A stretch of DNA of 37,692 nucleotides from contig NC_068997.1 in the NCBI RefSeq assembly GCF_001194135.2, positions 35,707,673 to 35,745,364 of the forward strand, written 5' to 3'. Position 1 is the first letter of the stretch. Every line of letters begins with the position of its first letter. Below are positions 10,916-21,664 of this stretch, in pieces. A program made the translations under genes and the position numbers. This DNA is from Octopus bimaculoides. Its lineage: Eukaryota. The notes under the pieces are model-generated. The model was not told the origin of the DNA, made no database searches, and worked only from the letters and a program-made list of their open reading frames with translations.

Positions 10916-11999
10916 CTAGCTGAACTCGTGAAAAATTCACGGAGAATATAAAAAATGTAAGCATCTGTAAATTGTGTGCTGGTGCCAAGAGAAATGTTTC
11001 TATATTGTAACAATTAAAGGTGGCGAGCTGGCAGAATTGTTAGCATGCCGGGCAAAATGCTAAGTGGTATTTTGTCTGTCTTTATATTCTGAGTTCAAAT
11101 TATACTGAGGTTGACTTTGCCTTTCATCCTTTCAGGGTCAATAAATTAAGTACCAGTCAAGTACCATTGCAACAGGGCCACGACCAGGAGGTTGTGTAAC
11201 ATTGGCTCCAAATGAGGGGAACGAATACATTGAGTTATAGTTTCTAATGTTCTGTCTAAAATTCATTCCTTCACTGTTGGTGTTCTCCAAAAGTTGTTTT
11301 AATTGGTCAGGATATTTTTGGAAACCTTACCATTACAGTAGCAATTAAATGCTTCCTGCGGAAATCTGCGTGCATGACAGTGTGGGCATACTACGTTCCT
11401 CTCATCAATCGTAAACCGAGAATTTTGTTCTTTTATTATATTCCGTCTTCTTATTTGAGCTCTGTCTGTCATAAGATAATTCTGTGTTTCATCTTCTTCC
11501 ATATTTTCCCTTCTTTCTTGAACTCTGTTTCTCATATCTTGAAGGTAATTCTGCCTTTCATATGTTCTTTTCTTTCTTGAACTCCGCTTCTCATATTTTC
11601 TAAGTACAGCTGCCTTTGCTTTTGACTCATATATTCTCGATACTGTTGATTTCTATCTCTCTTATTTTGAAAATACACTTCTCTTTGGTCCTAGCTCATT
11701 TGTTCTATCCTTTGCTGATTTCTTTCCCTCCTATGCCATAGGATATGCTCCCTTACCTCTTTGATACTTTATTTCCTCCCGCTGTTTCTTGCGCAACCAT
11801 TCTCTTCTTCTACACTAATGCTCCCATGCTGCGTTCCTCATGTGATGATCTTTATCTTAAGATTTGTTATTAAAACAATAAATCTCCAAAATGATCCAGA
11901 GTGTTTCAATTGAAAAACATATACGAATGTATTAGACAGTTTTTGTTTAAAAAGTGAAAATATTTCTGAAATACTCACCTAACAACACAGTATATAGGA
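10916..11999 (-). mobile_element. Non-autonomous, internally deleted Helitron
   Basis: 3' end: hairpin CCGTGAA-TTT-TTCACGA, then GTTCAG-CTAG|T (CTAG at 10916-10919). Candidate 5' end A|TCCTATATA at 11999 is less certain. The N-terminal RepHel remnant CPHCHARRFPQEAFNCYCNGKV and FRQNIRNYNS..SFG lies at 11170-11535. Confidence 0.75.
11019..11164 (+). mobile_element. tRNA-derived SINE, 3'-truncated
   Basis: A-box-like TGGCGAGCTGG and B-box-like GAGTTCAAAT, followed by TTGACTTTGCCTTTCATCCTTT..AATAAATTAAGTACCAGT. Resembles a recalled cephalopod SINE family. Confidence 0.7.
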
Positions 12000-12020
12000 T
12001 ATGGTAATGTCCATGCTGTG

Positions 12021-12163
12021 TCAGTGTCGGGGTTACCACTTTAGAAGGATATGTTAATTTTTCACGTTGTGGTCACCACTTTACATGGTTAGTGTCCACA
12101 TCACATCGGGTTTACCATTTTAGATGGATAGTGTCCACATCACGTCGGGGCCACCACTTTAGA
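12021..12163 (-). repeat. Tandem array of four 39-41-bp units, each containing a tRNA-Trp PBS-like sequence
   Basis: Units start at 12021, 12062, 12101 and 12140. The best copy ATCACGTCGGGGCCACCA (12139-12156) is 17/18 identical to the tRNA-Trp 3' end including CCA. Confidence 0.85.
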
Positions 12164-12788
12164 TGTTATAGGTTGTGGTGTCATCTAATGAAACTCCGCT
12201 CAGAAGGTTGTAATGTTGTTTGGTAGTAGACCCGGATAAAGAATATACAAACACAAGGCTGGTGACTTTAAATACGTTTATTTTGTCATATGTATATATA
12301 CACAAGCTGAATGAAGTGGTTGATGTACATTTGTTCATATATCTACAGGCATCTGCATGGGTTGTATGTTAGCTGTTAATCCTGGTGAGAAGCTCACAAA
12401 CAGCGATGTGTAGGAACCAGTGCAGTGTGTTGGTGTTGTATAGATGTTGGTGACGTTGATGAGACATCAGTGGTGGCGACGAAGATGGAGGTCGCTGCAA
12501 TGTGGTCCGTGGTTAGACCTTAGAAAGTCTGGAACCAACTGACGCCGAGCCTGAGAAGAGGCGAGCTTTTATAGCTGATGGGTAGGCTCAAATGCTTGTT
12601 TGAAACAGATTGTCTCATGCGATTTATTTGAAGGCTGCGATTGGTTGGGCTGCAAATTGCGCCAATGCCAACCAATCAGAGTGGTAGACACAACGAGGTC
12701 CAAAACAGCCCCAAAGATTAGCTGTTACCTGCTATGTTCATATATCTGTTATATAAAAGAAAGAGGAAGTTCACCAGAGTTTGTTACA
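12164..12788 (-). mobile_element. LTR (copy A) of a non-autonomous Gypsy-type element
   Basis: Minus strand runs TGTAAC...ATAACA. Preceded by a G10 polypurine tract (12794-12803). TATAAAA at 12567-12573 and AATAAA at 12277-12282 on the minus strand. Paralog at 14254-14826. Confidence 0.85.
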
Positions 12789-14253
12789 GATAGCCCCCCC
12801 CCCACTGTCACAAGTCATTTTGTGGGAGACAAAATAGACAATAAAAGGAAGATATTTCTGTAACGAAGAGGTGAAAAAGGCTGTGTAACCAGCAAAACTT
12901 AATGTACAAATGTGATGGACCTACGTCCAGCTAAGTGAAAATCACGAGAATACAAAAAATCAAGGTAAATGAAAGAATATTGGCTGCTGTGTGAATGAGC
13001 AGTGCTAAGAATTTGCCTACAAAACAGTGAGTCATTTGCAGAGGCAAAGGCTGTAGGTACTAGAAAAGCAACAGTGACTAGCGAAGTGAGACAAGCCGTA
13101 AAGATGGTGGCAAAAGAAAGAAGTTCCAACATGCAAGAGATTTGGTGTTGATCAGGCACCAAAGGAAGAAAATGCATGAAATGCTATGTGATGCAAAGAA
13201 AAAAATATGTGTTTATAAGAGGTGGTTTATGCATCCTACAGACCAGAGAAGAAACGCATGATAAAAATACGTAAGGAACTTTTTGCCAGATGAGAAAAGG
13301 CTTGAGAAAAGCATTCCACTAGAATTAACCTAGAAATGTGTCGGAGTGGATAGCATGAGGCAGATAGCATGTATATGTGTACATATGAACGTTTGAGCAA
13401 TAAAATGAAAAAAAATATGAACAAAACATTTAACAATGTAAAGAGGAACAACAAGGAAAAACGTTCAGCAAAGAAAGGTGTCCATCAAATAGAACAAAGC
13501 ATATATGTACAATGATACAGCAAGAGAGAAAATGTGAATACAGTATCTGTAGCAACATAAGTCTATTCTTCGGAACAGTCACTGGCGAGGCAAAGTTAAG
13601 AAATGTGGTCTGAGATAATTTCTTCAGCCAATGAACTGATCAGCCAGAAAGTGTCCTGTAAGGTGAAGAATGTGTTTGCATAGTTGGAGGTGGTGCCTGT
13701 GGGAGTGGGGTGGCAGTGTTTGTGAAATGATGGGTGTGTCAGCAAGTGACATAAATGTTTTGGAAAAGGCTTTTTTCTCTTACTTTGTCAATAGAGACAA
13801 TCTCTTCTTTTCTGTGACTGTCCACAGTGAATGGTCTTGGTGTGCTTTTAAGAACGCGATAGGGTCCAGTGTAGGAAGGTGTGAGCGGTCCATTGACAGC
13901 GTCATTTCTTACAAACATGTGAGTCCAGGTAGAAATATCCGGAGGTACTGCAGAGGAAATAGACTGGTCATGAAGAAGCATTGGTGATAGGTCAGCAAGG
14001 AATGACCTGAGTCGTGTGACGGAAGATGTGGGATCTGCAATCAGTAAGTTAACGGGCGTGTAATGTGTGCTGTCATCTCACCATTTCAGTTGGTTTAGTG
14101 GTCTGGAATGTTGTAGTCATCGTTATAGAAGGATAAGTGTTCATACTGTGTCAGCATCTGGGTTACCACTTTAGAAGGATATGTTCATTTTCACGTCATG
14201 GTCACCACTTTAGATAGATAGTGTCCACATCACGTCGGGGCCACCACTTTAGA
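12789..14253 (-). mobile_element. Internal region of a non-autonomous Gypsy-type element: PBS array, integrase C-terminal remnant, PPT
   Basis: ORF 13739-13981 THMFVRNDAV..LTPSYTGPYRVL..VSIDK is homologous to the C-terminus of the 29606-30472 integrase. HWPKKL lies near 13620-13640. No gag, RT or RNase H was seen. Confidence 0.8.
14151..14253 (-). repeat. Tandem array of three PBS(Trp)-containing units
   Basis: Units start at about 14151, 14191 and 14230. ATCACGTCGGGGCCACCA is at 14229-14246. Confidence 0.85.
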
Positions 14254-14826
14254 TGTTATAGGGTCATCTAATGAGACTCGACTCAGAAAGTTGTAATGTT
14301 GTTTGGTAGTAGACCCTGATGAAGAATATACAAACACAAGGCTGGTGACTTGTTCATATATCTACAGGCATATGCGTGGGTTGTATGTTAGCTGTTAACC
14401 CCGTGAGAAGCTCACGAACAGCAATGTGTAGGAACCAGTGCAGTGTGTTGGTGTTGTATAGATGTTGGCAACATTGATGAGACATCAGTGGTGGCGACAA
14501 AGATGGAGGTCGCCGCAATGTGGTCAGTGGTTAAAAAGTCTGGAACCAACTGACGCTGAGCCTAGGAAGAGGTGAGCTTTTATAGCTGACGGGTAGGCTC
14601 AAATGCTTGTTTGGAACAGACTGTCTCATGTGACTTATTTGAAGGCTGTGATTGGTTGGGTTGCATATTGGCACGCGATAGAGTAAGAGACAGATTGCGC
14701 CAATACCAACCAATCAGAGTGGTAGACACAACGGGGTCCAATATAGCCCCAAATGTTAGCTATTACCTGCTACGTTCGTATGTCTCTTATATAATAGAGA
14801 GAGGAAGTTCACTAGAGTTTGCTACA
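14254..14826 (-). mobile_element. LTR (copy B, 5' LTR)
   Basis: Minus strand runs TGTAGC...ATAACA. Collinear with 12164-12788 but lacks a ~64-bp block containing the AATAAA. Confidence 0.85.
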
Positions 14827-14923
14827 GTTGTATTCGAAAGCCAAAAGATGTTTTTTTTTAGCTGAGGTATAATTTGATAATTAAAACAAATTCAAAATTA
14901 AAATTTTGGGACATATGACTTAC

Positions 14924-14965
14924 CATACTATCTGGTGTATGGCCGAATTCAAATGGGTAGAAGAC
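14924..14965 (-). CDS. Candidate 42-nt internal exon, unknown gene (VFYPFEFGHTPDSM in phase 0)
   Basis: Strong acceptor CATTTCTTTTAG|G and donor ATG|GTAAGT, outside recognisable repeats. No homology recognised. Confidence 0.25.
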
Positions 14966-15289
14966 CTAAAAGAAATGTGTATGTGTGTGGTTGGGCTTTT
15001 AATAGCCTAGGGTCAATTTCAATTCAATTGTAGAAAGGCATTATAATAATCAGCCACTCCGAAAAGACAGTTTCATGCTGTCATCTCTCTCTCTCCCTTG
15101 CTCGACACACACATCAGATTTAAGTATCTTCAATTTCTTTCTCTTAAGTGTGACACACGCATCAGGTACGTACAAAAAACAAATTGGCGTATTAATATTA
15201 TTGATACATACACACACATTAGGTCATGGGAGGGTAGAAAGATATGGTATTTCCAATGTAGCACTCATTTGAGCTTTAGACTATCTATA

Positions 15290-15420
15290 CTCATCCCACT
15301 TAGTGGCACTTTGCATAAGTGTCTTCTACTATAACACCAGGCTGACTGAAGTCCTGTGAGTGAATTTGCAAGACAGAAACTGATAGAAGCCCATCATTTG
15401 TGTGTGTGTGTGTATATCAT
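15290..15420 (+). mobile_element. SINE 3' part (same family as 36198-36340) with (TG)n tail
   Basis: GGCACTTTGCATAAGTGTCTTCTACTATA..GACAGAAACTGATAGAAGCCC aligns to 36245-36325. Confidence 0.7.
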
Positions 15421-15620
15421 CGTCATCATTATCAGTATCATGTCCACTTTTCATACTGGCATGGGTAGGATGTTTTGTCAGAGAATCAGTGATCTCCAAT
15501 GTCATTTTTAGCATGGTCTCTAAAGCTGGATACCCATCCTAACACCAACCACTTTACAGAGTGTACTGGGTGCCTTTTTTGTGCAATAGTGGTGATGCCA
15601 TGTAGCTTGCAAGACAGAAA
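15417..15620 (-). mobile_element. Probable LINE/SINE 3'-end remnant with (ATC)n-like tail
   Basis: ATCATCGTCATCATT..CATACTGGCATGGGTAGGA..GCTGGATACCCATCCTAACACCAACCA resembles a recalled abundant RTE-type 3' end. Confidence 0.45.
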
Positions 15621-16717
15621 AGAACAGAGAAAAAGGAAATGGAAAAAGCTCCCACTCTTAAGAGAAATTATTTGAGAGTAGAAGGTGAATGTGGGTGACT
15701 GTATGTTAGGTGTTGAAAGGCTAAAGTATGACAGAAGAACAAGCACAGGTATCTTGCTATAGAGGAGATAAATGGCTGAAAAAAGTAAGAGGAAAGTAGT
15801 GATGGGATGCTATAGCAATCTCTCAACAAACAAGAAAATGAGTATAAGAAAGGACACGGGTGGTGGGACATAGGAAGGGATGAGAGTGAATGCTTTCATA
15901 AGAGTGTGAGGGGGGAATGAATAGATGGAGGCAGAGGTTAATGTAGTGAGTGATGAGCAAGGGTGGGGGTGCAGATGATGGGAATTACCAGTATGTAAAG
16001 GGTTAATGTGTGTAATACAAGGTGGCTCGAGAAGTTAACAGAAAGTAGTAGAATGATGTGCAAGATGTGGGGAGAGAGATATAGGGATACATAAGGGGCT
16101 ATAGTAGGTGGATGATGCTGATAGATATGGGAGGGCACTGATAGTGATAGTAGATAAGAGAGGTGTTTAGAAATGAGTGTAGCAGAGGGAAAGAAAGCAG
16201 AGGCTGAAGGCACAGAAAGGTGTTTGGTTGAAATAGTGTGGGCCTGGATAATGAATAATGAAAGTAGCTCGGTGCGGGAGAGACCTTTAGCAAAGGGACA
16301 GAATGTAATATGTGCTGCTATTGCTCTCAGGCGAGCGCATCAGCCACATTGTACCACAAATGGGGAAGGAGAAAAATGGGGGCAGAACGCTTGATGTCTT
16401 TACATATGTTTGCTGACTAAACAAAACAGCCTTGCTGGCAATACAGTTAAGAGTGCATCCAGGGTTCTTGACCTGTTGAACATTCTTTGTAAACAAAAAG
16501 ACTGATAATTATGTCTAGGTTGTCCAATGTTCAATACTCTCAGGTTACTGCTCTTGGAAAAAAGAACATCCAGCCAAAGAAAATCTACCTCAATGCATGT
16601 CATCTAACTCATGCAAGTGGATGTGAGATATACATATGCCAAAATAGCACTCACAAGTCACAAGTAGGTAGGTAATGTAGTTTAAAGACATTTTACTTAT
16701 CCCTGAATATTATATAA

Positions 16718-17590
16718 CTAGCTGACGTACCTGGTAATTCCTGGGAGAGCAGGGCTTATCCCTTGGTTCTGTTCTCATAATTGTTTCACTAACCCAGTAA
16801 CAACAATACAAAGTATGTAGCCCTTAAAATGGTTTTTGTACATTTATTGAGAATACCCCCAAACTTACACAGGATCTTGTTTTTAGGAATTCCCAATAAG
16901 TTATGAATATTGAAATTGTGAAGTCAATTATGTAATAACATGAAATTAATTACCCGATAGTAAGAATTCAAATAAAGTAGCCTTGCAAAGGTCTTTAATA
17001 CATTCCCAGAGTATATAGACCTTAGGAGGAAATATTAATAAGGTATGTATACAAAAATCGTGAAGCATCTAATGTAATAAGAGGCTAATCAGATATAAGA
17101 TAACAATTTAAAGTAAATAACTCTGAAAAATGCTTTTGTGTGTTCACAGAGAATATTACCCTCAGCAGCGCTAGTGTTGGTATATTTGTGAATAAGTCAC
17201 TAACTGAAATAAGTGGATCTATTGTTTAGGAAAATAGGATTTATTTGTTTAAGCGTTGTACTGGATAAATTGTGAAAATAACTCATATAGTTCAAATACT
17301 AAGAAACAAGCACACTAAATTTGATGTATACGAAATAATTTATGAACATGAATGGGTTATTTCCCTTCGATGTTTAAAAAGAATACATTAGTTATATGTA
17401 GAAGATATAAGAATCCCTTCCAGGGGCTCTATTATCGATTTTTTTCAACAATCTAAGTATGTCACTAGTTTTCCAGACATAAGTTCTATTCGCGTGTCAA
17501 GTTTCATCAAAATCGATGAAATGATGTAGGAGGAGTTAGATAACAACGCCACAAACAAGCACACCCACAGATTTCCACATAAGTAGTAGA
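16718..17590 (-). mobile_element. Non-autonomous Helitron, 873 bp
   Basis: 5' A|TCTACTACTT at 17590 and 3' CAG-CTAG|T at 16718. The subterminal CCCAGGAATTACCAGG becomes a perfect hairpin if two CpG decays are reverted. No coding capacity. Confidence 0.72.
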
Positions 17591-17789
17591 TTAATAAAAG
17601 TTTATAGTTTTTTGACAAATAATGTATAGGTACCTAAGCATATGCTGAAGTTCAGGATCTTATAGAAAAGATGGCACATTATGCATAAGGAAAATTAGGC
17701 CGTAAAAGTTTTTCATACAAGCACTTCTAACTATGATATCATCAATTTTAAGGATGTTCCAATCTAAAATTCAAACACTCATATTATTA

Positions 17790-18300
17790 AAGTAACTCCT
17801 TCAGGGGTTCAGGGATCTTGTTCTTTCAAGCACTTGGAGTATTTCCAATTTTCACAAAATTCTTTTTTTTAAGTTTTCTGCACTGATGTAGTTTTGTATG
17901 CTGATGACAATAAATGCTTTCATTTTTCCTATAAACTGAAAATGAACACATTACAGAACCTGGAATGTTTTTTTTTGAAAAGAATTTAATGGAAGATACT
18001 GAAAGTAAATGAATTTTCCCCTCAAAATTGTGCTATGTATTTAAAAAGTTTTGCTAACATTAATGAATATATTCAAAGAGATTTTTCTAAATAGATCACA
18101 CTTTTCATACCTGCAGCACCAGAGAACCTCACAGAGATATGAGTTGATCAAATGAGGGCATTAATGTCATTTACTCCCTCACTTAAAGTAGACCCACATA
18201 CTTTCTACTTATTGGAGTAGACAAACACAATGCTGTTGTGGTTCCCTATTCTATGCTGAAATTGGTAGCCTTGTATCTCAGGAATATCCTTACCACAGGT
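17790..18300 (+). mobile_element. Highly decayed CR1/L2-like RT remnant
   Basis: Plus-strand SGVQGS and VVLYADDNKCF..LQNLE segments. Confidence 0.45.
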
Positions 18301-19274
18301 TGCTGTAAATCATTGTTCCTGACAATAAATTGTTGTATCCAGCAATACAAAAACAAAATTAACTTCCTAAGTGGAAGGGTGACCCACCTCCAACCATGTG
18401 CTTTCCACATGATCACAAACTCTCAGCATTTTCTTTTGCCACAATACCAATATATGTTGCCATGATAAGAGACAGTTGCGAATTGAGATTTCAAGTAGAT
18501 AAAATTACCTAACTTTAAATACTTATAATTTCTTTATCATTAATTTCTAGAAAAATGTAATTTTTGTCATCAACATGCAAAAACTTCATCAAACCTACAT
18601 TTTTGAAAAATAGTCTGGGGTAAATCTAAAATACGCCAAATAGTTGGATTTTCTCTGTTTTGACAGGAATATTTCCAGTTTTTCTTTTCACCATGGCCTT
18701 CAAATTGATGGGGGGAAGCTTTCTATGAAAAAAAATCTTTTGAAAATGTATGTTTTGATGTTTTTCAATATTTTTCTGCCCATAAACACATTTTATGGAA
18801 TGATGCTGTGGTATAATATGGGTTTTGTTTAGCTCAAGGGTGTAATTTAAATTTAAACGCCCCATCCTACACTGAGTGAGAACATGCAATTTTCCAATAC
18901 ACTGACTGCGCTTGATACCTCATCATGCGACCAGGATTCTGTGGAAGATTTTGAAGCGGAAACAATGGCAGTTGAGACCAGAACAAATGTTATTGACTCT
19001 AGAGAAGAAGCCAACAGTGCAAAACTCGATAATCTTGAACAATTGAAAGCTGGTCAACAGTATCTACACACATACAACTTGAGAAACCAGAAGGTGTGAA
19101 CTATCCAAAATATTGTAATGCTCCATATTATTCCCTCTATTCCCTGGATGCATACATTCACTACTCACACACACATATTTTGATGACTAAAATCTTTACG
19201 AACTCACTGTGTGGTACTCAGATTCTTTAGCAGGGGAGAATGTGGTAATAATTACTTTTATTATTATTACTCAC

Positions 19275-19364
19275 AGTTATTTCCATCATCGTGCCAGCCA
19301 GTCAAAAACGAGGCTTTGGAATGATATTTAAACATGGCTGACTCCTGATCAGCTAAGTTCACAA
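19275..19364 (-). CDS. Candidate 90-nt internal exon, unknown gene (VNLADQESAMFKYHSKASFLTGWHDDGNN)
   Basis: Acceptor GTTGTTTCAG|T and donor ACT|GTGAGT. Only one of three frames is open. No homology recognised. Confidence 0.25.
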
Positions 19365-19429
19365 CTGAAACAACTAACGATAGATACTATATCCTTGTTC
19401 TTAGAAGAGTAAAGCCTATTTATGGTTAA

Positions 19430-20212
19430 TCATTTCCAGTCTTCTGTATTCAACAATCTCACCAGTTTGATAACCAGAATTACTACAGCTTTATCTGGTC
19501 CCTCTCTTGGATCCACACTAGGCAGACTCTCCTTCTCCCATGAGTTCTCTATATTTAGTAGCCTTTCATAGTGGCACTTCCAAGCGTTTTTCTTTGCAGA
19601 GTCACTAACTGCAAATGAACAATCATCTATGCGAACATACTTCTCTCCAACAACATCACAATTTTACCTTGGTACATTCTCTTGCAAGCCAAAAAACTTC
19701 AAGCTGCAGGACATTGGCAAACTTCTTCCTTTCTGCTGGCTAAGTATACCTGCTTCCAAGCTTCCCTTTTAGCTGCCTGATATAGCTCCTTGCTACTGCC
19801 ATACTTCCAGTTCTTCCAAACTTGTTTCTTAGCTCTAATGGCCCTGTCAACTACACTGTTCCACAACCATTGGGACTTTGCACCAACCACAAATTTGGTC
19901 TGTGGCTCTCAATAAGTTGTCTTGTAGAGAATTCCAGTTATTGTCTATGTTAAAAGTCTGTAATTCCTCCTCCTTCCCATTAAATGCTTCAGTTAGGACG
20001 TCTTTAAATCTTTGACTATTCAAAGGATCCTTAAGCTTCCAGAACATTGTTTTCCAAACTGGCTTGCTTCTTAGACTCTTTCTTGCTTGTAGTCTGAAGT
20101 TGCTAATGACTAACTTATGCTGAGAGGTGCATTTTTCACAAGGGAAGGACTTTGCATTTATGAGCAACCATGAATCCTGTTTTCTGGTGAGAATGTAGTC
20201 ACTTTGGCTAGC
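19430..20212 (-). mobile_element. RTE-clade LINE fragment (endonuclease C-end and linker)
   Basis: QSDYILTRK..SQHKLVI (APE DY and H motifs), WKLKD, and DVVGEKYVRIDD..KNAWKCHYERLLNIENSWEKESLP. Confidence 0.8.
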
Positions 20213-20225
20213 ATATACATATATA

Positions 20226-21428
20226 CAGGGGTTGGACAAAATAATGGAAACATCTAGCATCATAATTTTGAAATATCTATAAAACCATCAAAAGTTTGTT
20301 TATTTTCATGTTTTTTGATTTATTATTAGTGTTGCTTAATATGTTTTGCTAAAATTACTGTTTCTTTTCAGATATCATCAGAAAAAGGTAATTAAAATGA
20401 CAGATCTATTGGACTTTTAAAGAGGTCAAATTGTTGGTGCTTGTATGGCAGGTGCTAGAATAATGAAAACAGCCGAAATGTTTGGTGTATCAAGAAGTAC
20501 TGTCTTGAAAGTAATGACAGCCTTTGAGAAAGAGGGAAAAACCTCCTCATTGAAATAAAATGCTGGAAGAAAACCAAAACTTTCAGATAGGGACTATCGG
20601 ACTCTTATGCAAATTGTTAGAAAGGATCACAAAAGTACAGCTCCCAAAATTACTGCAGAGCTTAATGACCACCTTGAGAACCCAGTCTCCACAAAAACTG
20701 TTTGCTGGGAGCTGCACAAAGTCAGATTTCACGGGAGGGCTGCAATCAGAAAACCACTACTTTCAAAAACAAACGTTGCAAAGCATTTAGAGTAGAGTAA
20801 AAACTTAAAGAATTAGTCCCTAGAGCAGTGGAAGAATGTTATTTTCTTGGACAAGTCATCCTTTACCTTATTTTCAACCATCGGCTGAGTAAATGTGTGG
20901 ACAGAGCCAAAAGAAGCATTTGACCNNNNNNNNNNTCTCGGAAATCTGCTGGCCCAATGGTTTCCCTTCGTGGCAGAATTAATAGTCAAGATTATTTAAG
21001 CATTTTATCTGATCAAATTCAGCCTATGGCTGCAGAACTGTTTCTGGAGGGAAATGCAATCTTTCAGGATGATAATGCACCAATTCACACAGCTACAGGT
21101 GTTACTGAATGGCACGAGGAACATTCTAGTGAAGTTGAACATCTTATCTGGCCACCACAGTCCCCAGATCTCAATATTATTGAACATTTATGGTGCATTT
21201 TAGAAAAATAAGTAAGGAGTCGATATCCTCCACCATCATCGCTACAAGAACTGGAGACTGCTTTAGCTGAAGAATGGGGAAAAATTCCTTTGGAAACAAT
21301 TCAAACTTTGTACAAGTCCATACCTCATAAAATTCAAGCTGTAATTACTTGCCAAAGCAGTCCTACTCCATATTAAAATAAATTTGTTTAAAATTTTAAG
21401 GTGTTTCCATTATTTTGTCCAACCTCTG
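20226..21428 (+). mobile_element. Tc1-like DNA transposon (DD36E), full length ~1.2 kb, decayed
   Basis: Same TIRs as 8968-10005, with TA flanks. FQDDNAPIH..(36 aa)..SPDLNIIEHLW. Stops, frameshifts and a 10-N gap are present. Confidence 0.93.
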
Positions 21429-21434
21429 TATATA

Positions 21435-21664
21435 CAGGGTGACCCAAAAGTAGATTTACTGTTATTATCTCATTCACATTCATATATTAACAGTTTAGAT
21501 CTTAATTATAAAAAAATATGAAACCATCATTCTATGCTAATTTAGTTAATTTTGTCAAGCTCCCTTTTCAATTTGTAAGATAGAAATTTAAATGTAATAG
21601 AATGTTTTAAAAGAAATTTAAGGTGCCTACGTGATAACTGTAAACCTACTTTTGGACCACCCTG
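21435..21664. mobile_element. Tc1/mariner-type MITE, 230 bp
   Basis: 29-bp TIRs CAGGGTGACCCAAAAGTAGATTTACTGTT / AACTGTAAACCTACTTTTGGACCACCCTG (4 mismatches), with TA on both sides. Confidence 0.88.

Noticed and set aside
12021-12163. CRISPR-like repeat-spacer array
   Set aside because: The spacers are homologous to each other, the repeats are tRNA-Trp PBS copies, there are no cas genes and the context is eukaryotic.
12900-13250. Possible RTE linker remnant on the plus strand inside the LTR element
   Set aside because: Similarity is too weak and interrupted to call.
15620-16400. Several short ORFs in a purine-rich tract
   Set aside because: Compositional artefacts of GA-rich low-complexity sequence.
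18111-18200. Strong donor CAG|GTATGA suggesting an exon
   Set aside because: All three upstream frames contain stops, and it lies within a CR1-like remnant.
18884-19099. Acidic 71-aa ORF ending YNLRNQKV
   Set aside because: May be a Gypsy C-terminal scrap, but there are no supporting domains.
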